Shown: positions 15,108-30,247, counted from the stretch's first letter. The stretch: 64,000 nt of DNA from the human T2T-CHM13v2.0 reference genome, Homo sapiens (GCA_009914755.4 CP068257.2:22016001-22080000), one strand, 5' to 3'. The notes: generated by a model from the letters alone, not told the origin. Program-made: numbers and translations.

Positions 15108-15413
15108 TTTTCTTTTTTGTTTGTTTGGTTTTTTTTTGAGACGGAGTCTCACTCCATCCCCCAGGCTGAAATGCAGTGGCGCAAACTTGCCTTACTGCAG
15201 CCTCCCTCCTCCCAGGCTCAAGTGATCTCCTGCTTCAGCCTCCAGAGTAGCTGGAACTACAGATGTGCACCACCACTGCTAGCTAATTTTCATATTTTTA
15301 GTAAAGAGGGGTTTCACCATGTTGTTCAGGCAGGAACTCCTGAGCACATGCGACCCTCCCGCCACGGCCTCCCTAATTGCTGGGATTACAGGCGTAAGCC
15401 ACTGCACCCCGCG
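15108..15413 (-). mobile_element. full-length Alu, antisense
   Basis: poly-T, then 'gagacggagtctcactccatcccccaggctgaaatgcagtggcgcaaacttgccttactgcagcctccctcctcccaggctcaagtgatctcctgcttcagcctccagagtagctggaactacagatgtgcaccaccactgctagctaattttcatatttttagtaaagaggggtttcaccatgttgttcaggcagg...attgctgggattacaggcgtaagccactgcaccccgcg'. Confidence 0.95.
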
Positions 15414-15995
15414 AAGACACATTTTCAAACTGGCCACCACTTTTGAAAAGTATCATTGCAACGAAAGACTGGAAAGACGGAAGAGCTGTCACCACTTGAA
15501 GGAGTCTAGGGAGCTAGAATCACTGAATGCAGTGTGGAGTGCTGAATTCTGACATGTAAAAAATGAATTAGTGGAGAAATTTCTTATAGTTAATAGTATT
15601 TGTTGCAATTCTAATTTTCTGGTTTTGCTCATCATACTATGCTTATGTAAGTTATTAACTTTAGGATAAGCTGGTGAAGATTATACATACAAAGTGAACT
15701 ATTTCTGACACTTTTCTGAGTCTAAACTCATTATAAATATAATAAATGAATAAGTTTTATAGTAGCTGACACTTCTGTCTCTTAATTCTATAAAATTAAC
15801 AAGCAAAATAGGGATGTTTTCATTAAAACCTTATATTGTTTCTAAAATAGTTTGTTTTATGTTATGTAATGAACCATCCAAAGTTTATTCCCAAAAACTA
15901 TTTTTCAGGAGTTTGGGGCTCAACTATTGGTGGGTTAGACCTGCCTAGTTGATCTTTCTGTCAGGCTTTGTCCTTATCTAGCAGTTGGCTGATTA

Positions 15996-16364
<369 letters not shown>

Positions 16365-16374
16365 TCATGGGGTA

Positions 16375-16736
16375 CAAGTGCAATTTTGTTACACATGTAG
16401 TGGTAAAATCAGAGGATCCATCACCCAAATAACATAAATTGTACCCAAGTGATTTCTCATTGTCCATCACACTCCTTGTGGAGAAGGGAGCTCCTTGTCG
16501 CCCTTCTAAGTTTTCTTTGCCTATTATTCCACACTCTACGTCAAGGTATAAACCTCTTTTAGCACCCAGTTATGAGTAAGAACATATGATATTTGTCATG
16601 TCTGGCTTGTTTCACTTAAGATAATGAACTCCAGTTCCATCCAGGTTTCTGCAAAAGGCATGATTTCATTTTTTTTTTTATGGCTGAATAGTATTCTGTT
16701 GTGTATATATGCCACATTTTCTTTATGTTTTCGAGA
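16375..16736 (+). mobile_element. L1 LINE fragment (ORF2-derived region, older L1P/L1M subfamily), no intact ORF
   Basis: 'ggggtacaagtgcaattttgttaca...ccatcacccaaataacataaattgtacccaagtg...cccagttatgagtaagaacatatgatatttgtcatgtctggcttgtttcacttaagataatgaactccagttccatccaggtttctgcaaaaggcatgatttcattttttttttttatggctgaatagtattctgttgtgtatatatgccacattttctttat' is colinear with L1 '...ggtacaagtgcagatttgttaca...cccacttataagtgagaacatgcggtatttggttttctgtt...cttaggataatggcctccagctccatccatgttgctgcaaaggacatgatttcattctttttatggctgcatagtattccatggtgtatatgtgccacattttctttatcc'. Confidence 0.85.
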
Positions 16737-19666
16737 TGAAAACATGGCCGTTCATACTCCAGCAGGTTAGCTCAGGCTTTTCCACGTGGTGCTCTCAGGG
16801 TTCCAAGAACTGAAAGAGGAAAAGTCCCAGTGTGCAAGAATTTATTAATCTGTATCTTAAATCATTTTTGTTAATGTCATATTGGTCAAAACAAATTGCA
16901 TAACTTTGCCCATCTCTTAATGGGAAGAGCTACAATATTATATTGCAAAGTGGTCTACATTCGGAGATAAAAAGAATATGTGGCCATTTTTCATGCAGTT
17001 CACCACAATTGCACAGTTTATCTTAGTTGTCTTTTCTTTTTACTTGATGATGTTTTCCTTTGTATTTTAAAATAATTATCTCTTTAATTCCAGGGAATAT
17101 GTCTAATGATCTTTGCATTATGTGTATCACAAGACTGGCAATTTGCAAGAATCTAGTAACTGCTAAAGAATCATTAAATTAATGGTTGATTAAATGAAAA
17201 ATGTATTAACTTTAAATTTTAAAATCATATTAACTTGGAAGACTTGACATTAAAATGTAAAATATATTATGTATGAAACTTTATTTCTATTCAATATACT
17301 ACATGTAATTCTCTATAAGTTTCTTATGCTTCGGTTTGGTCATTCATTGCTAATTTTTCCTTCTAATAAATGGTCTACTTTGGCTGTACTAACTTGTCAG
17401 TCTTCTGTGATCTATGTTTACTGATTTTTCCAGAGGCATCTATGTTTACTGATTTTTTTAATAAAAGGGTCAAATACTATATATCTTAATTTTTTTTTTT
17501 TTACTTTTGAAATACCAATCAGAATTGCTTCTTAATGTAATTGCTCAGTTCCAAAGACATTTTTTGAATTCCTACAATGGGACAAGTGGAATATTTTGTA
17601 ATTGTTAAAATCAATTTTCTCAATCCTTTTAACAGTTGCTAGACTACCATTTGCTTGTTGTTCAGGTGTCATGTGGGCAATTTTGCTTTACTTTTAACCA
17701 TCAAATGCCTTAGATTTTGCCATCTGTTTAATATCATCTTCATCAGCTACAAAAAGAAAATTAATGAATTATTTCAAATTTGAAGAGTGAATATTAAAAG
17801 ACTACGGAGAGTAAAGCTTACAAACAAATACAATTAGGATTTCTATTAAAATTGTACTAAATTAAACTAAGGTGTATTTGTTTTTCAATATTACCATATA
17901 AATATTAATGATTTTTTAAAACTGAAGGACAGGTTTGTCTTTAGTAATTTCAGAAAAATACTTGATTTTGTTCATTAGTGTATATCCAGCACCTAGTTAG
18001 TGACTAATACATTATAAACAAAAACAAAAACAAGTAATCCAGTTACATCCATGAAGTAAAATAACTGTGGCTGTCATCTCCAACAGGGCAGGTACATCTC
18101 TAGGAAATTTATCACTTTTAACTGTTTATCTCCTTCACTGACACTAAATTGTGAAAAAAATGCCTTTATTTGTAAACGTCTTCTGTCCATGCATAATTTG
18201 CCTAAGCAGACTTTAAGTGGGAGGAAAAGAATCCCTAGATTTTTTTGGATAATTTTCTAGAACATTAGGATGATTTAATTTTATTTTAATGCATTACCTC
18301 TTTTGGAGTCCCTTTTATGGTCATGGCTTATGTATTTGTGTTATGCTTCTTCAAAAGCATCAGAGGAGCACTAATTTAGGATAGCTGTAATTCTGTCATC
18401 TCTTTGAGAGCAGTAAAGAAAGTTGTGTGCTAACACAAGCTCCTTGTCCTTTGTTTCTGTGGATTCTCCACATAGGCTTTTAAAAAATCCTTTACCAGGA
18501 AAATCAATATGTAGAGTGGTCACTTCTTAGTGACTTTGTTTTTATAGGTGATAAGAGCATAATTATTTTACTCTACCTTACTAATGCCCCAGACCTTTCC
18601 ATATTTAAGATAAAAAATTAAAAATTAAATAACTTCAATTTAAAAGGAAAATATGAGAAAAAGAGAGAAAATATTTACTTTTCATTTATCTCTGTTTTTC
18701 TTCTTCATTTGTTTTCTACAACAAGTTCGTTTCTTAATAATTGATAATAACACTTGAATTAACCAATGTGCCTCTCATCAAGTTGAGAAAATAATAGAAC
18801 CATCAGTTGTTTTCAATTTCCCCTTCCTAGAATCATCAGCATTCTCTTCCTGATTAAAGCAAGCAATTCATTAATTAGTATAAACACTGGTTACCCTGAA
18901 ATTGAACAAGCTTCTAATACACAATCAAATCCAGCAATCTACTTAGAATATAACCTATAATCAAGACAGAGCCATTGTGCATAGCAAGCAAGAGATAAGC
19001 AGAAACTTGCAGCAGAAATTTGTCAAACCACACCATCAAAGATTTTAGAGTACAAACTATTTTTTCTATCAAATAATGCAGTTACAATAGCAAAATCAAA
19101 GCTACCATATTATTTAAGTAATACACAGTCTGTAGATTAGAGTAGGTAAAGAGCTTTCAACCATTTCCCAAGATATCTGTAAGACCTGTGGATCCCCCCA
19201 GGGTGTATCATAACAGCAGGAAGCATATTTGAAAAACAGTTCATCCTCTACTTTTAAAGCTCTCACCAATATGAAGTAGTACTTGAAACTATGTGTTTTT
19301 GTTCTTAACCCTATTTTCTCCTATATTTTCCTTCTACAGTTTGATTTGACCTGCATAGTAAATTTGTTTTATTTTGAAACAGTTCTAAGAAACATAGAGG
19401 ACTAAAAACTTCAGGTTTATGAACTCTCTTGGATGAATTCTCCCTTGTTTCTTTTTAATATTAATAACAAAAGAACACAACAGTTCAGTAAAATAAAATA
19501 AACCTGCTAAGTTATATTAATCTTCAAAATAATTCATATTTCTTCTATATTTCATGAGTACAGCATGGCATCTGATTATTTATGTAACAACCTTATTTTA
19601 CACCTTTATCTATGACAAGCAACATAATAGTCAATACTAATCAATTGGGGAAAAGCCGTGTGACCT

Positions 19667-19823
19667 GTGTTAGTCCGTTTTCACACCGCTATAAAGAACT
19701 ACTGAGACCGAGTAGTTTATGAAGCAAAGAGGATTAATTGACTCACAGCTCCACATGGCTGGGGAGGCCTCGGGAAACTTACAATCATGCCAGAAGCGGA
19801 AGTAGGCACCTTCTTTGCAAGGT
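19667..19823 (-). mobile_element. MaLR (MST/THE1-type) LTR fragment, antisense
   Basis: 'tgtgttagtccgttttcacaccgctataaagaactactgagaccgagtagtttatgaagcaaagaggattaattgactcacagctccacatggctggggaggcctcgggaaacttacaatcatgccagaagcggaag' is the reverse complement of the 3' part of a THE1/MST LTR ('...ccatgattgtaagtttcctgaggcctccccagccatgtggaactgtgagtcaattaaacctctttcctttataaattacccagtctcgggtat...gaacggactaatacA'). Confidence 0.8.
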
Positions 19824-22800
19824 ACATAATTGGTCTTTACAACCCTATGCTTTATAACTACCTAAGTCACAGATTTAATGAATTGAATGAAATTGTAAGG
19901 CTAGACTCTTCAAATTTTTTTCCATGTTTGTGTTTTCACCCTTGCCTTATTTTTGTGATAATATAATTTTTGCCTGCTATATCATATCCACTCTCCATGA
20001 TGGCATCCCTGAAAGTTCTAATCTATACTGATCTCCTCTTTTGCTGGAATAGTAAAATACTTATCATATGTGCATCAATGATTAGCATAAGTCTAAATAA
20101 TTGATAATGGACAGAGGAGTTTATCTTCTCCTAAATGAGGGTACTGGCAATTGATAAGAACTCTGGTTATATTCTCTCAAGAGTTTTCCTCATCCCCATA
20201 CATGTTCAAGAGTGGAGAAAAATAACCATGCAATACACTGGGATATCTTCATTAGGTATGAATTAACAGTCTTGACTTGAGACCTCTTCTAATGAACAGA
20301 TTGGCTTAAAGCAAATATTTCACTACAATATTATTTCAAGAGCACCTAAACTTTTCATGGAGAAACCATGTCTCATACAAAACCACTGTGGGAAATTTCC
20401 TTCATCCTTTCTCAAACACTAAGATGCTATTAATTCCTTCTTCATCTCTTCCATCCATACAAAAGCTTACAAAAATAAAATAGGGTGTATTTTACTGCTT
20501 ATATCCATTATTTAGTTTTATTTACTCCTATCCTGGCTTTTAAACCTTTAAAAATCTTCCTTTGTAATATATTTGGATGATTATGGTTTTTAAACCCTAT
20601 GATAATCTTTTTTTAGCTGATTTTTAAATGTTTATTCCAAACATGTTCATTGTTCCACTTACAGGGCATTTATTTTGTTGTCATTTGATGGGAGAAACAC
20701 TGTGAGTAGGCATTACATTTTCGCCAGAGACTATAAATTTCCCCACTATAACAATACACTACATAGGAAAACATAACCATTATATCACAATAATTTTCGC
20801 TAATTTATAATTGAAAACTCCATCTTTCCTTTCCCACTGGCCCACCATCGGTCAGGAGTTTTAGTCTAACACCTAAAGCACAGTGGAGAAAACAGCTTTT
20901 TGATCGTTTCAGAAGCCATAATCATTTGCGGAAGAACTGATCCCTGAACGCAGGTCTTATCAGGTAAAGAGAAAAAGACAGTCTACTCATTTTTAAAAGC
21001 TCAAAAATAATAATTTTATGTGCCTTTTTCTCCCTATACTGAAATTTCATGTAGAATATGCTAGTGATTTCAGTTGGCAGGTTACACTTTATGAAGTGGA
21101 AGAATTTATTTATTTTTTATTTTCTCATATTGTTTCTTCTGTTACTAACTTCTGATGTTATTAAATCCCGTAATGATGTTTTTCTGCAATAGAGCCTATG
21201 GTAAGTACAGTTCTTCTGAAATTTCATGAAGAGTAGCCCATGAGCTGCTTCCTTACATACCACGCATTGAACAGTGTTACTCTCTCCTTCCTTCCTCAGG
21301 GCACTCACTCTGCATTATGTCTGAGGGGAGAAACTAGATTTGAATTTTGCTGGTCAGTAAGGAGAAAATTTCTTTTTTTCAAGAGAGCCTAAAGTCCTAA
21401 GTATTATTTACACAAGTTCGAATTATTATAGCTTGCCGTCTACAAGGTTTTAAAGTGCTTCGTGAACAAGATATTGAATTACAAACTAGACCTGTCATGA
21501 TTATGTTCCACAAAGAAATTGAGACATAAAAGACATATATACTTAAAGAATGTATCTACCCACTTTTGGGGAAAGAACTGAATTGGCAAATCACCTATAC
21601 ATGTTACTTCTTAAAATATCTTCTTTACAAAATAAATATTAAGGGTTACATTTTACTTCATATAGAAAATATACCTCCAACATTAAAATATTATGTTTTC
21701 TTTATTCTAAGCTACTCTTAAAAGTGTCTATTGTTGTCTGGAGTTAAAGTCTTCTTAACTGGAGGCCAAGGACATCCAAATGTCCTGCTAACATTAAAAT
21801 GATAGTTTTCTTTCATCTTTCCATTGGTTATGGTTTGTTTCTTGAGGAAACTTTTGTGACCTCTGTCACCATCCAATTTTCCCTTGGATATGCTACTAAC
21901 CTGATTTGGTTGCCACTCAAGCCGGATCACAGACCACCTAGCCCCCATGGCTCCTGACACAGTCCCTGTGAGAGTCCCTGCCCTCTAACAAGCATGCTGA
22001 CCCCAATTATTCTTGAAATTACAAAATCATAGAAATGGAGGGCAGAATAGTAATTGGCAGGAATGTGGAGGATGGGAGAAAATTAGGTGTGATTCTAAAA
22101 TGACAAAACCAGGACCCTTGAGATAATGAGACTCTTCTGTGTCTTGAATGCAGTGATAGCTACTTTAAACATACACACGTGATAAAATTATGCAGAACTA
22201 AATACTCACAGAAGCACATAAATAAATGTAAAATTGGAGAAATTTGAATAAGTTAGGTGGATTATATTAAACGCGGTTGCCTAGTTGTGATATTGTGCAC
22301 AATATCATACTGGGAGAAATTAAGTAAAGGCTTGATAAGATCTCTCTGCGATGTTTATGATAACTGCATGCAAGCCTACACAAAATAAAAACTTCAATTA
22401 AAAATTCAATAAACTTGACAAAAAGTGCATGGTACACTGTTTCACTAATGAAATATAGCACATTCACCCACAAATTTAGAATAGATGCTATAGACGTACT
22501 GTAATTGGCAAAAGTCTTATTTTAAAAACTGGATTTCAATGTTTTTCCTGTTATCTCCTGTAAACTTAAAGAATATCATATCTTATTTAGATGGAGCTGA
22601 AATGCAAGAATCTTCTGATCTGTAAACTTCAGAACTTCTGGAATGTAACGGAAAATATTAATAATGTAAATGTTACACTCAATGCACACAACAGAAAATA
22701 TGCTACAGCTGCTAATATTGAAATCATAACAACAAGATTAGTAACAACAAAAATAATTCAACATCTACTAAAAATCCTACTGTTCATTCAGAAATATGGG

Positions 22801-23747
22801 AATGTGGAAAAAAAATCATAAAATTTTGAAAACTCATATAGACATTGCAAAGTGCTATAGATAAGGCATTTAAATGTCACCCAATTGTTTCTTTCTATTC
22901 TATAATGTTGTTCCTTGAATAAGAACATAATTTCAACATTTCCATGTACTTGTTTCTAGATTTGCTTTGGAAATATTGTAGGTACTTGATACAAATTTTG
23001 GATGCTTAAAATTAACTCTATTTATATTATTACAGCTTTCCTGGCTACCAATATTTAAAAAAAAACATTATTTTAAACTTAGCATATCATATGGTTTTAT
23101 TCTTCCTTCGAAGTAATCAATAATGCATTAAATTTTTCATAATGATCATAATAATAACAAGAAATCATGCATTCTTCATTGGTAACAACCTGAAAATTTT
23201 TGGATTAAATGTTTTCCAACATTGTCTGATTAACTTTTTAAAAATGCTTCCACTCTTTATAATAAAAAAGCATGATATATATATTTCCTTCTCTTGACTT
23301 TTTATTTTTCTTCATCAGTAACACATATTGAACAATTTAATTTTAAAATGCTCTCAAATATTTTGCCAATACATGGAAACAGACAAAGAAAAAACATATT
23401 TTTATTAAATGTATTTTTACATGGATGAAAAAATACTCCAGGACAACCTTACATGAATGTAAATATAGTGACTCAAAAACAATAAAACAATATGAATTAA
23501 CCAAAAGGGAACTGAACATAAATTTGAGACAGGGGTCACCTGCATATATCACAAATATATATATATAATATAGTGTATAAAGTATTTCTGAAGCTCAATA
23601 AATTTCATATAAATTATTTTAATATTTTGTTTGACATGAGCCATAATGCTCATGTTTGTGATTTTTTAAATTAAAGCAATGACAGAGGAACTCACTTTTA
23701 ATTTTATTTTTAATTTAACTATTCCAATAAATAATATAGTCTAAGTC

Positions 23748-24117
23748 TGTATTAGTTTTCTAGGGCTGTTGCAATAAATTACCACAAACAGGCTTAACAC
23801 AAATTTGTTTTCTCACAATTCTGGAGACTAGAATTTTGAGATCAAGGAAGGATTGGTATACTCTGAGGCTTCTCTCCTCAGTTTAAGATGGCCATTCTGT
23901 CTCTCTGTCTTTACTTGTTCAACTCTCTGTACAACTTTGTCTCCAAATTTTCTCTTCTATAAGAACACCAGGCATATTGGATTAGAGTCTACCACAATGA
24001 CCTCATTTTAATTTAATTACCTCTGCAAAGATCTACTCTCTAAATATGGTCAAATATAGTCACATTCTGCAGTTCTGGGGGTTAGGACTTCATCATATGA
24101 ATTTTAAGTAGATACAG
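23748..24117 (-). mobile_element. MLT1-type MaLR LTR, antisense
   Basis: 'tgtattagttttctagggctgttgcaataaattaccacaaacaggcttaacacaaatttgttttctcacaattctggagactagaattttgagatcaaggaagg...ataagaacaccaggcatattggattagagtctaccacaatgacctcattttaatttaattacctctgcaaagatctactctctaaatatggtcaaatatagtcacattctgcagttctgggggttaggacttcatcatatgaatttt' is colinear with the reverse complement of the MLT1 consensus. Confidence 0.8.
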
Positions 24118-24853
24118 GTAAGGCCATAAAAAGAGTCCAACACCATTCTGGTTTGACTTCCCTCCCCAACCTCCCAAAACAAAATAAAACAAAAAACTGC
24201 AACTACTAATGTATTCATGACACATCTTTCATGTCACTGAGATTCCAATTCTCCCATTTCTGATACTGCTGTATGCCCTAATTACCACCCCAGTAGAGAA
24301 CTTATGAAAACAACGGGTAGTCCAGTAAAGGGATATGTGAGATTTAACTTATTAATAATGGCTTGGAACTTTTTATTTTTTATTATTTCATTTTTTTTCC
24401 TCCAGCAATAAATCCAAACCTTTGGAACTTTTTAAGTGATACAATGTCATGTCTATGATGTTATAATTAATAAAAAGTTAATATATACATATTAATACAT
24501 CTGTGTATGTGTGTATATATATGTATATTTGAAATGTACTGCTTACATTTAAACCCTGAAGAGAATGTAAATGGTCTCATTAAATGACCTTTTATGACTG
24601 ATTAAATTATTTGGTTGAAAGAAAAAATATGTTCTATCTTATGAGGAAATTCATGAGCTATGAAGAGTCCAAGAAGGGATAAAATAAATCAATCTCTTTA
24701 GTTCACTTCAAATAAACTGTTGCTGAAAGAATGCTAAATATGGCTTCACCTTTGATGTAAGGGACTTGGCAGTGGAGATGATACCACTGAAATAGAAGAG
24801 GAATATGACAACAAAATCTGTTAGATAAAGGCAGAGACTCATGCAAGCTGCCA

Positions 24854-25156
<303 letters not shown>

Positions 25157-25245
25157 TGACAATTTGGAAGACACTGAGAGCATTCTTACTTAAATATAAT
25201 ATCATGGAAGATGTAAGAAAAAATATTTGTATTTATGTATCAGTT

Positions 25246-25712
25246 TCTTGTTATGGCTATAACAAATTACAAAAACTCTGTGGCCTAAAACAATGTAAAT
25301 TTATCTTACAGTTCTAGAGTTTCTGTTTCCAGAGTGAGAACTTAGGTACCAATACAAAAGTGTCAGCAGAACTAATATTTTTTTTCTAGAGACTCCAGGG
25401 GATAATTCATGCTTTGTCAGCTTATAGGGGCATCTGGCATTATTTAGCTCGTTGCCCCATTGCTCCAGTCCCTGCTGCCTCCTTCACATCGCCTCTTTCA
25501 TCTGCTGTGTTCCAAAAGTGTTCTGATTCCCTCTTATATGGACACTTGTGATTAGATTTAGGGCTCGCCCAGACAACCCAGAATCATCTCCTGTTCTCAA
25601 GATCCTTTCCTTAATCATATCCACAAAGGTGTTTTTTTTTCTTTTTTGCCATATAAAGCAACCATCACAATTCCAGGAATTAGGAGCAGAATATCTGTGG
25701 GGGCCTACCACA
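25246..25712 (-). mobile_element. MLT1-type MaLR LTR, antisense
   Basis: 'atgtatcagtttcttgttatggctataacaaattacaaaaactctgtggcctaaaacaatgtaaatttatcttacagttctagagtttctgtttccagagtgagaacttagg...cttatatggacacttgtgattagatttagggctcgcccagacaacccagaatcatctc...atatccacaaaggtg...gccatataaagcaaccatcacaattccaggaattaggagcagaatatctgtggggg' parallels the reverse complement of the MLT1 consensus from end to end. Confidence 0.75.
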
Positions 25713-27102
25713 ATCTATATGCCCTCCAATTTCTTAAATGTGACTTCAGAGAATACTGGAAATTCATCAGCCTACAGTATCTTTAACAGAGCATTTTGGG
25801 AACAGAGTTAGCATGTCAAATTAAGGGCTCATCTAACTATACATAGGAAGCTGTAGACTTCCTGTGGAGCACAAAGCAGGGATGCACATATGGCTATTTC
25901 TCACCCAGATTAGTCCATTCTCACACTTCAAACGAAAAATCTGATGTCTAAATATACAGTGCTATATGCCTTGCTGGTTATGCCATGAGCTTGCTTAAAA
26001 TTGTTACAGATACGAAAATATAAATAGAACCCATTGCACTTGAAAATTATTTCCAGATTAAATTGGCTTCCATGTAATCAGTCTTTTCCCCTGAATTATC
26101 TTCTTCGGTATGCACCTAAGCAATGCAACCTTCTCATACACGTAGATGCATGACTTTATATTTATGGAGATTTTATATACATTCATCATGTCTCTGTAGC
26201 TAGATTGAAAGCTCCTTAAGGGCTAGAACCAAGTATTCCGCTTTACATTTATTTTGCAAGCTGGAATAGCCTCTATTCATTTTTTAAGACAGTCCTCAGA
26301 ATTCACTTCCTTCCCCTACAGGTCTGAGAGAGCCATCGCATATATTGAATTTAATTCTTGTGGTCCATTTTCATGCGAAATTCACCTATACCCTTTTCAT
26401 GATACTGCCCTAGGAGCTCATTTTTGAAATGATATTTGAGGTTAACATTTTCCATGTTTTTTTCTCTGAGGACACTTATTTGTGTGTAACAGTTTTTTTT
26501 AATAATCCAAGACAACAAGGGAACATAAGGACACTGTAATTATTTCTTATGTAACAAAATACGCTTAGTTAACAGTTCATTTTGTTTTAATTTCAGCATT
26601 CTGATCATCCAAGTATGGTGTGAGTATAAACCAGTAAGTCATATCAGCCAAAATCTGCTCTGACTGGTCAGTTCATTTGAACATGCCAGTAAATGTTATG
26701 AATACCATTTCCTGACTTTAACTTTTGGGTATCGGTAAATGTCCCCCCTTTTTCCTACAGCCTGATAGTAATATTACTTTTTATTGGTTTTCTACAGTTT
26801 TAAAACACAGACATATTGTCAAACATTTGACAATCGTAGGTCAGTCCTCTCTCAAAATATTTATTTATGCATTATGTAGTTATGCATACATTTACTTATA
26901 CATTTATTAAAATTTTATAGTCCAGGAAATCCCAAAATCTGCTAACAAGTATATTGGATCATTTTGATGTTTCATGGATCGATTCTCCTTAACTGGAGAC
27001 TAAATCAGGGTATTCATTCACCGATAAAACAGTTTATTTTATTACACCAATCGGGGATATTTTTAGAAGATGATTTTACCAGAGACCAAAATGTTAGTAT
27101 AA

Positions 27103-27130
<28 letters not shown>
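27103..27130. repeat. (TG)14 dinucleotide microsatellite
   Basis: uninterrupted 'tgtgtgtgtgtgtgtgtgtgtgtgtgtg'. Confidence 0.97.
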
Positions 27131-27133
<3 letters not shown>

Positions 27134-30100
27134 ATTTCATATCGCTTCAGACAGTAAATGAGAAACAAATGTTTTACCTCAATTTCTTTGTAAAGTTTAT
27201 AATGCATAAAATTTGAAATAAGAAATAAGCCATAGAACAAGATAAAAATAATCTCATAAAATTAAACCTGGTTATAAAACACTACTCATTCTATACATGT
27301 TTATAAAAGCACTACTTTAAAAGTGATAGCACATGTGTTAAATGTGATAGACAGTGAGGTATGATAAACAGTATGTTAAACACAGCTTTCAGATGCTTAC
27401 AAGAATAGCTATGCTATGGGCAAATAAGGCATAATAATTTTTGATATGTTGAAATATAAATTTTAGAATCCTAAAATATTAAAGTTGGCAAATGTCTCAA
27501 AGTCCTTTTCACCAAATCCCATTACCTGTAGAAATGTCTCCTAATATACCTGGCCACTCTTCATCTTACTTCTTAGAACACGCACTGTCGAGGAGTCCTA
27601 CCTTAGCCTACTGCTGTCAAGAAAGAAAAGTGTTTTAGAGGTTTCCCTAAAACCTAACATCCTTCCCCTTCTATTAGTTTTATCTCTTGTTCTTGTTTTA
27701 CTTTTGAAGCTAGAAAGATTACTTAATCCCTTTTCAGAAAGTAATAGAATTTAAACAACTTACACATCGGCAGGTCTCTTTGTAGTTCTCTCTGTTCAAA
27801 GTTATAACCTCCACTGTCTCATATTTTCACTCATGTAGTTAAATCTTTTATTATGTCTTACCTTCAAACATGCAAAGAACTGAAGAAATACTTTATCCAT
27901 TTTTAAATAATCTTATTTATTTTAACTGAATCAAATATAACATACAAAAACTGCCCAAATGTTAAGTATTCAATTTGATGAATTTTGACTGGCGTGCATC
28001 AAGTAACTGTCAACTAAAACAAGAAGTAGAGTATTTGCTTTGCTTCAGGAAGTTTCTTCATACCACTTTCATTTGATTCCCATCCATTTGATGCAACCAC
28101 TACTCCGCTTTCTGCACTATGAATAACTAAAGAGATAACAGGTTCCCATCTGCAGGAAGGGAGAAAACTTCAGAATTTCTGACAGTCTTTAGGGTAGATA
28201 AATAACGGAAAAACAATCCTATATAAGATATCAGAAAAGTAATTTAGAAAAAAAAGGAAGCAAACACAAATCACCTCCTCTGCATATTTTTACAATGAGA
28301 AAGAGATATCCATGCAACAAGTGATTTTTCCTAACAGAGATTTGTAATTGTAAATTACTGCATAGTCATTTAAAACAAAAGGGAGTTTGACAGGAGTGCC
28401 TGATTTAGCTTTCCTTTCAACACTAATCAGTCCTCCGAGTCACCTCTTCTTCATAAGGTGGTGGGTGCCTCTGTCACTGTTTTTAAGCAGTGTCTTTATT
28501 TATAACCATATATATATGAATGAATTTACCCTACTGAGTAACAAAATTTAGTGCAGCTTTCACTCTGTGCATTTCACTGCCAAGAGGAAATGCTTGTGAT
28601 ACCTTTTTAGATGGTTAAGTGGAGAGGCTCAATCATCATGACAGTACAAGGGCAATGGAATTGAGTCTTTTAATAAATGGTTGCCTCAAAACTGCATCTC
28701 TGGCAAACCAGAAAGTCTGGTTTATTTTAGTCCCTAAATATCTCTCTAATCTTCCTAACTTTAGTTCATCTGCCTGAACACCACACTCATTCAAACTTTC
28801 TCATTTGGAATATTACAATAGTTTCCTAGCAACCACTATCATTTGTGCATGCTGACCTCCTTCCTATCTAAAAATGTAACTTTTCTGGTAAACACCCTCT
28901 ACTGGCATGCCAGATCCAAAATAGGGATCACATTAGTAAACACAGTCTGTAAGACCCTGCACTCACTGATCCTGGCTATCTCTCACTGCACTGTCTCCAA
29001 TTCTCTCTATGTCAACCACTGCATTAAATTTCAATTATCTTATTTATAGAGCCTTCCCACATGCCTGTTGTTCTTATGTCTTTGCCATTTCATCTAATTA
29101 ATGCCTATGCTTTCCTTATATAAGTGTTTAATGATTAATAATTGCAAAGTATCTTTAAGTTAAATACCTTTATTTTAACCATGGTTTGTAGAACACTCAT
29201 CATTGTAGCAGTTGCCATATCTGATATTGAATTGTTCTAATTTAATCATTTGATGAATTTATATGTCTCTCAACTGAAAGAACACATATGATTAAGTTAT
29301 CTCTAAAAGCTGGCACTATATCTACCATGTAGTAGGCAGTAGGGGGTTAATACCTCTATACTGAATTAATTAGTAAATCTGTTTTTAATGAACAAGACAC
29401 CACAAATAAGCCAGTGGTCACGAGTAGTTTCTGATAAATTGATAAAGAGAAGGTTGACTAGGTAATAAACTTATAAGATTTGATTGCACCAACTGAGAAT
29501 TTATTTAAAATAGCCAAAGAGTAAAATGTCTTTACATTGCTTTATTTAGTAGTCAGTTTATTGACTATTATGGACACATTAACTTTCACCAACAATGGAA
29601 GTTTAAACATTTAATTTTTACTATGCCAAAGATTAATAAAATATAAATGATTGGATTTCATAACATGTACTATTATCTTTACTGAAATAATATATTCAAT
29701 AAGTGAACCACACAAGGAAGGGTTTTTAAAGAATAATATAAAATGAGTATGGATGAATATTTAGAATCAAAATTATACTATACATATTAATCCCATAATA
29801 TGTGTATTTCTAGGAAGGAAATGAAATTATATCCATGGTTTCCCTGTTAAGACATTCAAACATGTTGTTTTCCTGGAAAAGAATCCAATCTACATATATT
29901 TTCAGAATGTACAAATATTACATGCCCTGGTAAACAGTCCCAATATGGATAGAAAAAATATGTGGAGGAAAAGAGATACTTTAAAAATTGATTTGTAAGA
30001 GTCCTCACTGAAAGTTTGAATTTGGTGTTATTCCCAGTTATGTAGATATTGAAATAGACAGGCTAGACAGAGCAAAGATAAGACAGATGTCTTAAAAAGA

Positions 30101-30247
30101 ACCAAGTCTTTCCCACGTACATTCTGCTGCCTCTTTCCTTTTCTCTGCAGCTCCTAAGGACATTCTTTCTCTGCAAACTAAGTTTAAGACAAGGCAAAAG
30201 ATCTCAGCATTCAGATAATATAAACTAAAACATAAGATGCAACTGTT

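Noticed and set aside
21180-21210. Perfect 5' splice-site consensus 'tatg|gtaagtac' at ~21197
   Set aside because: It is an isolated motif with no upstream acceptor/ORF context and no CpG retention. Such 9-mers occur by chance many times in 64 kb.
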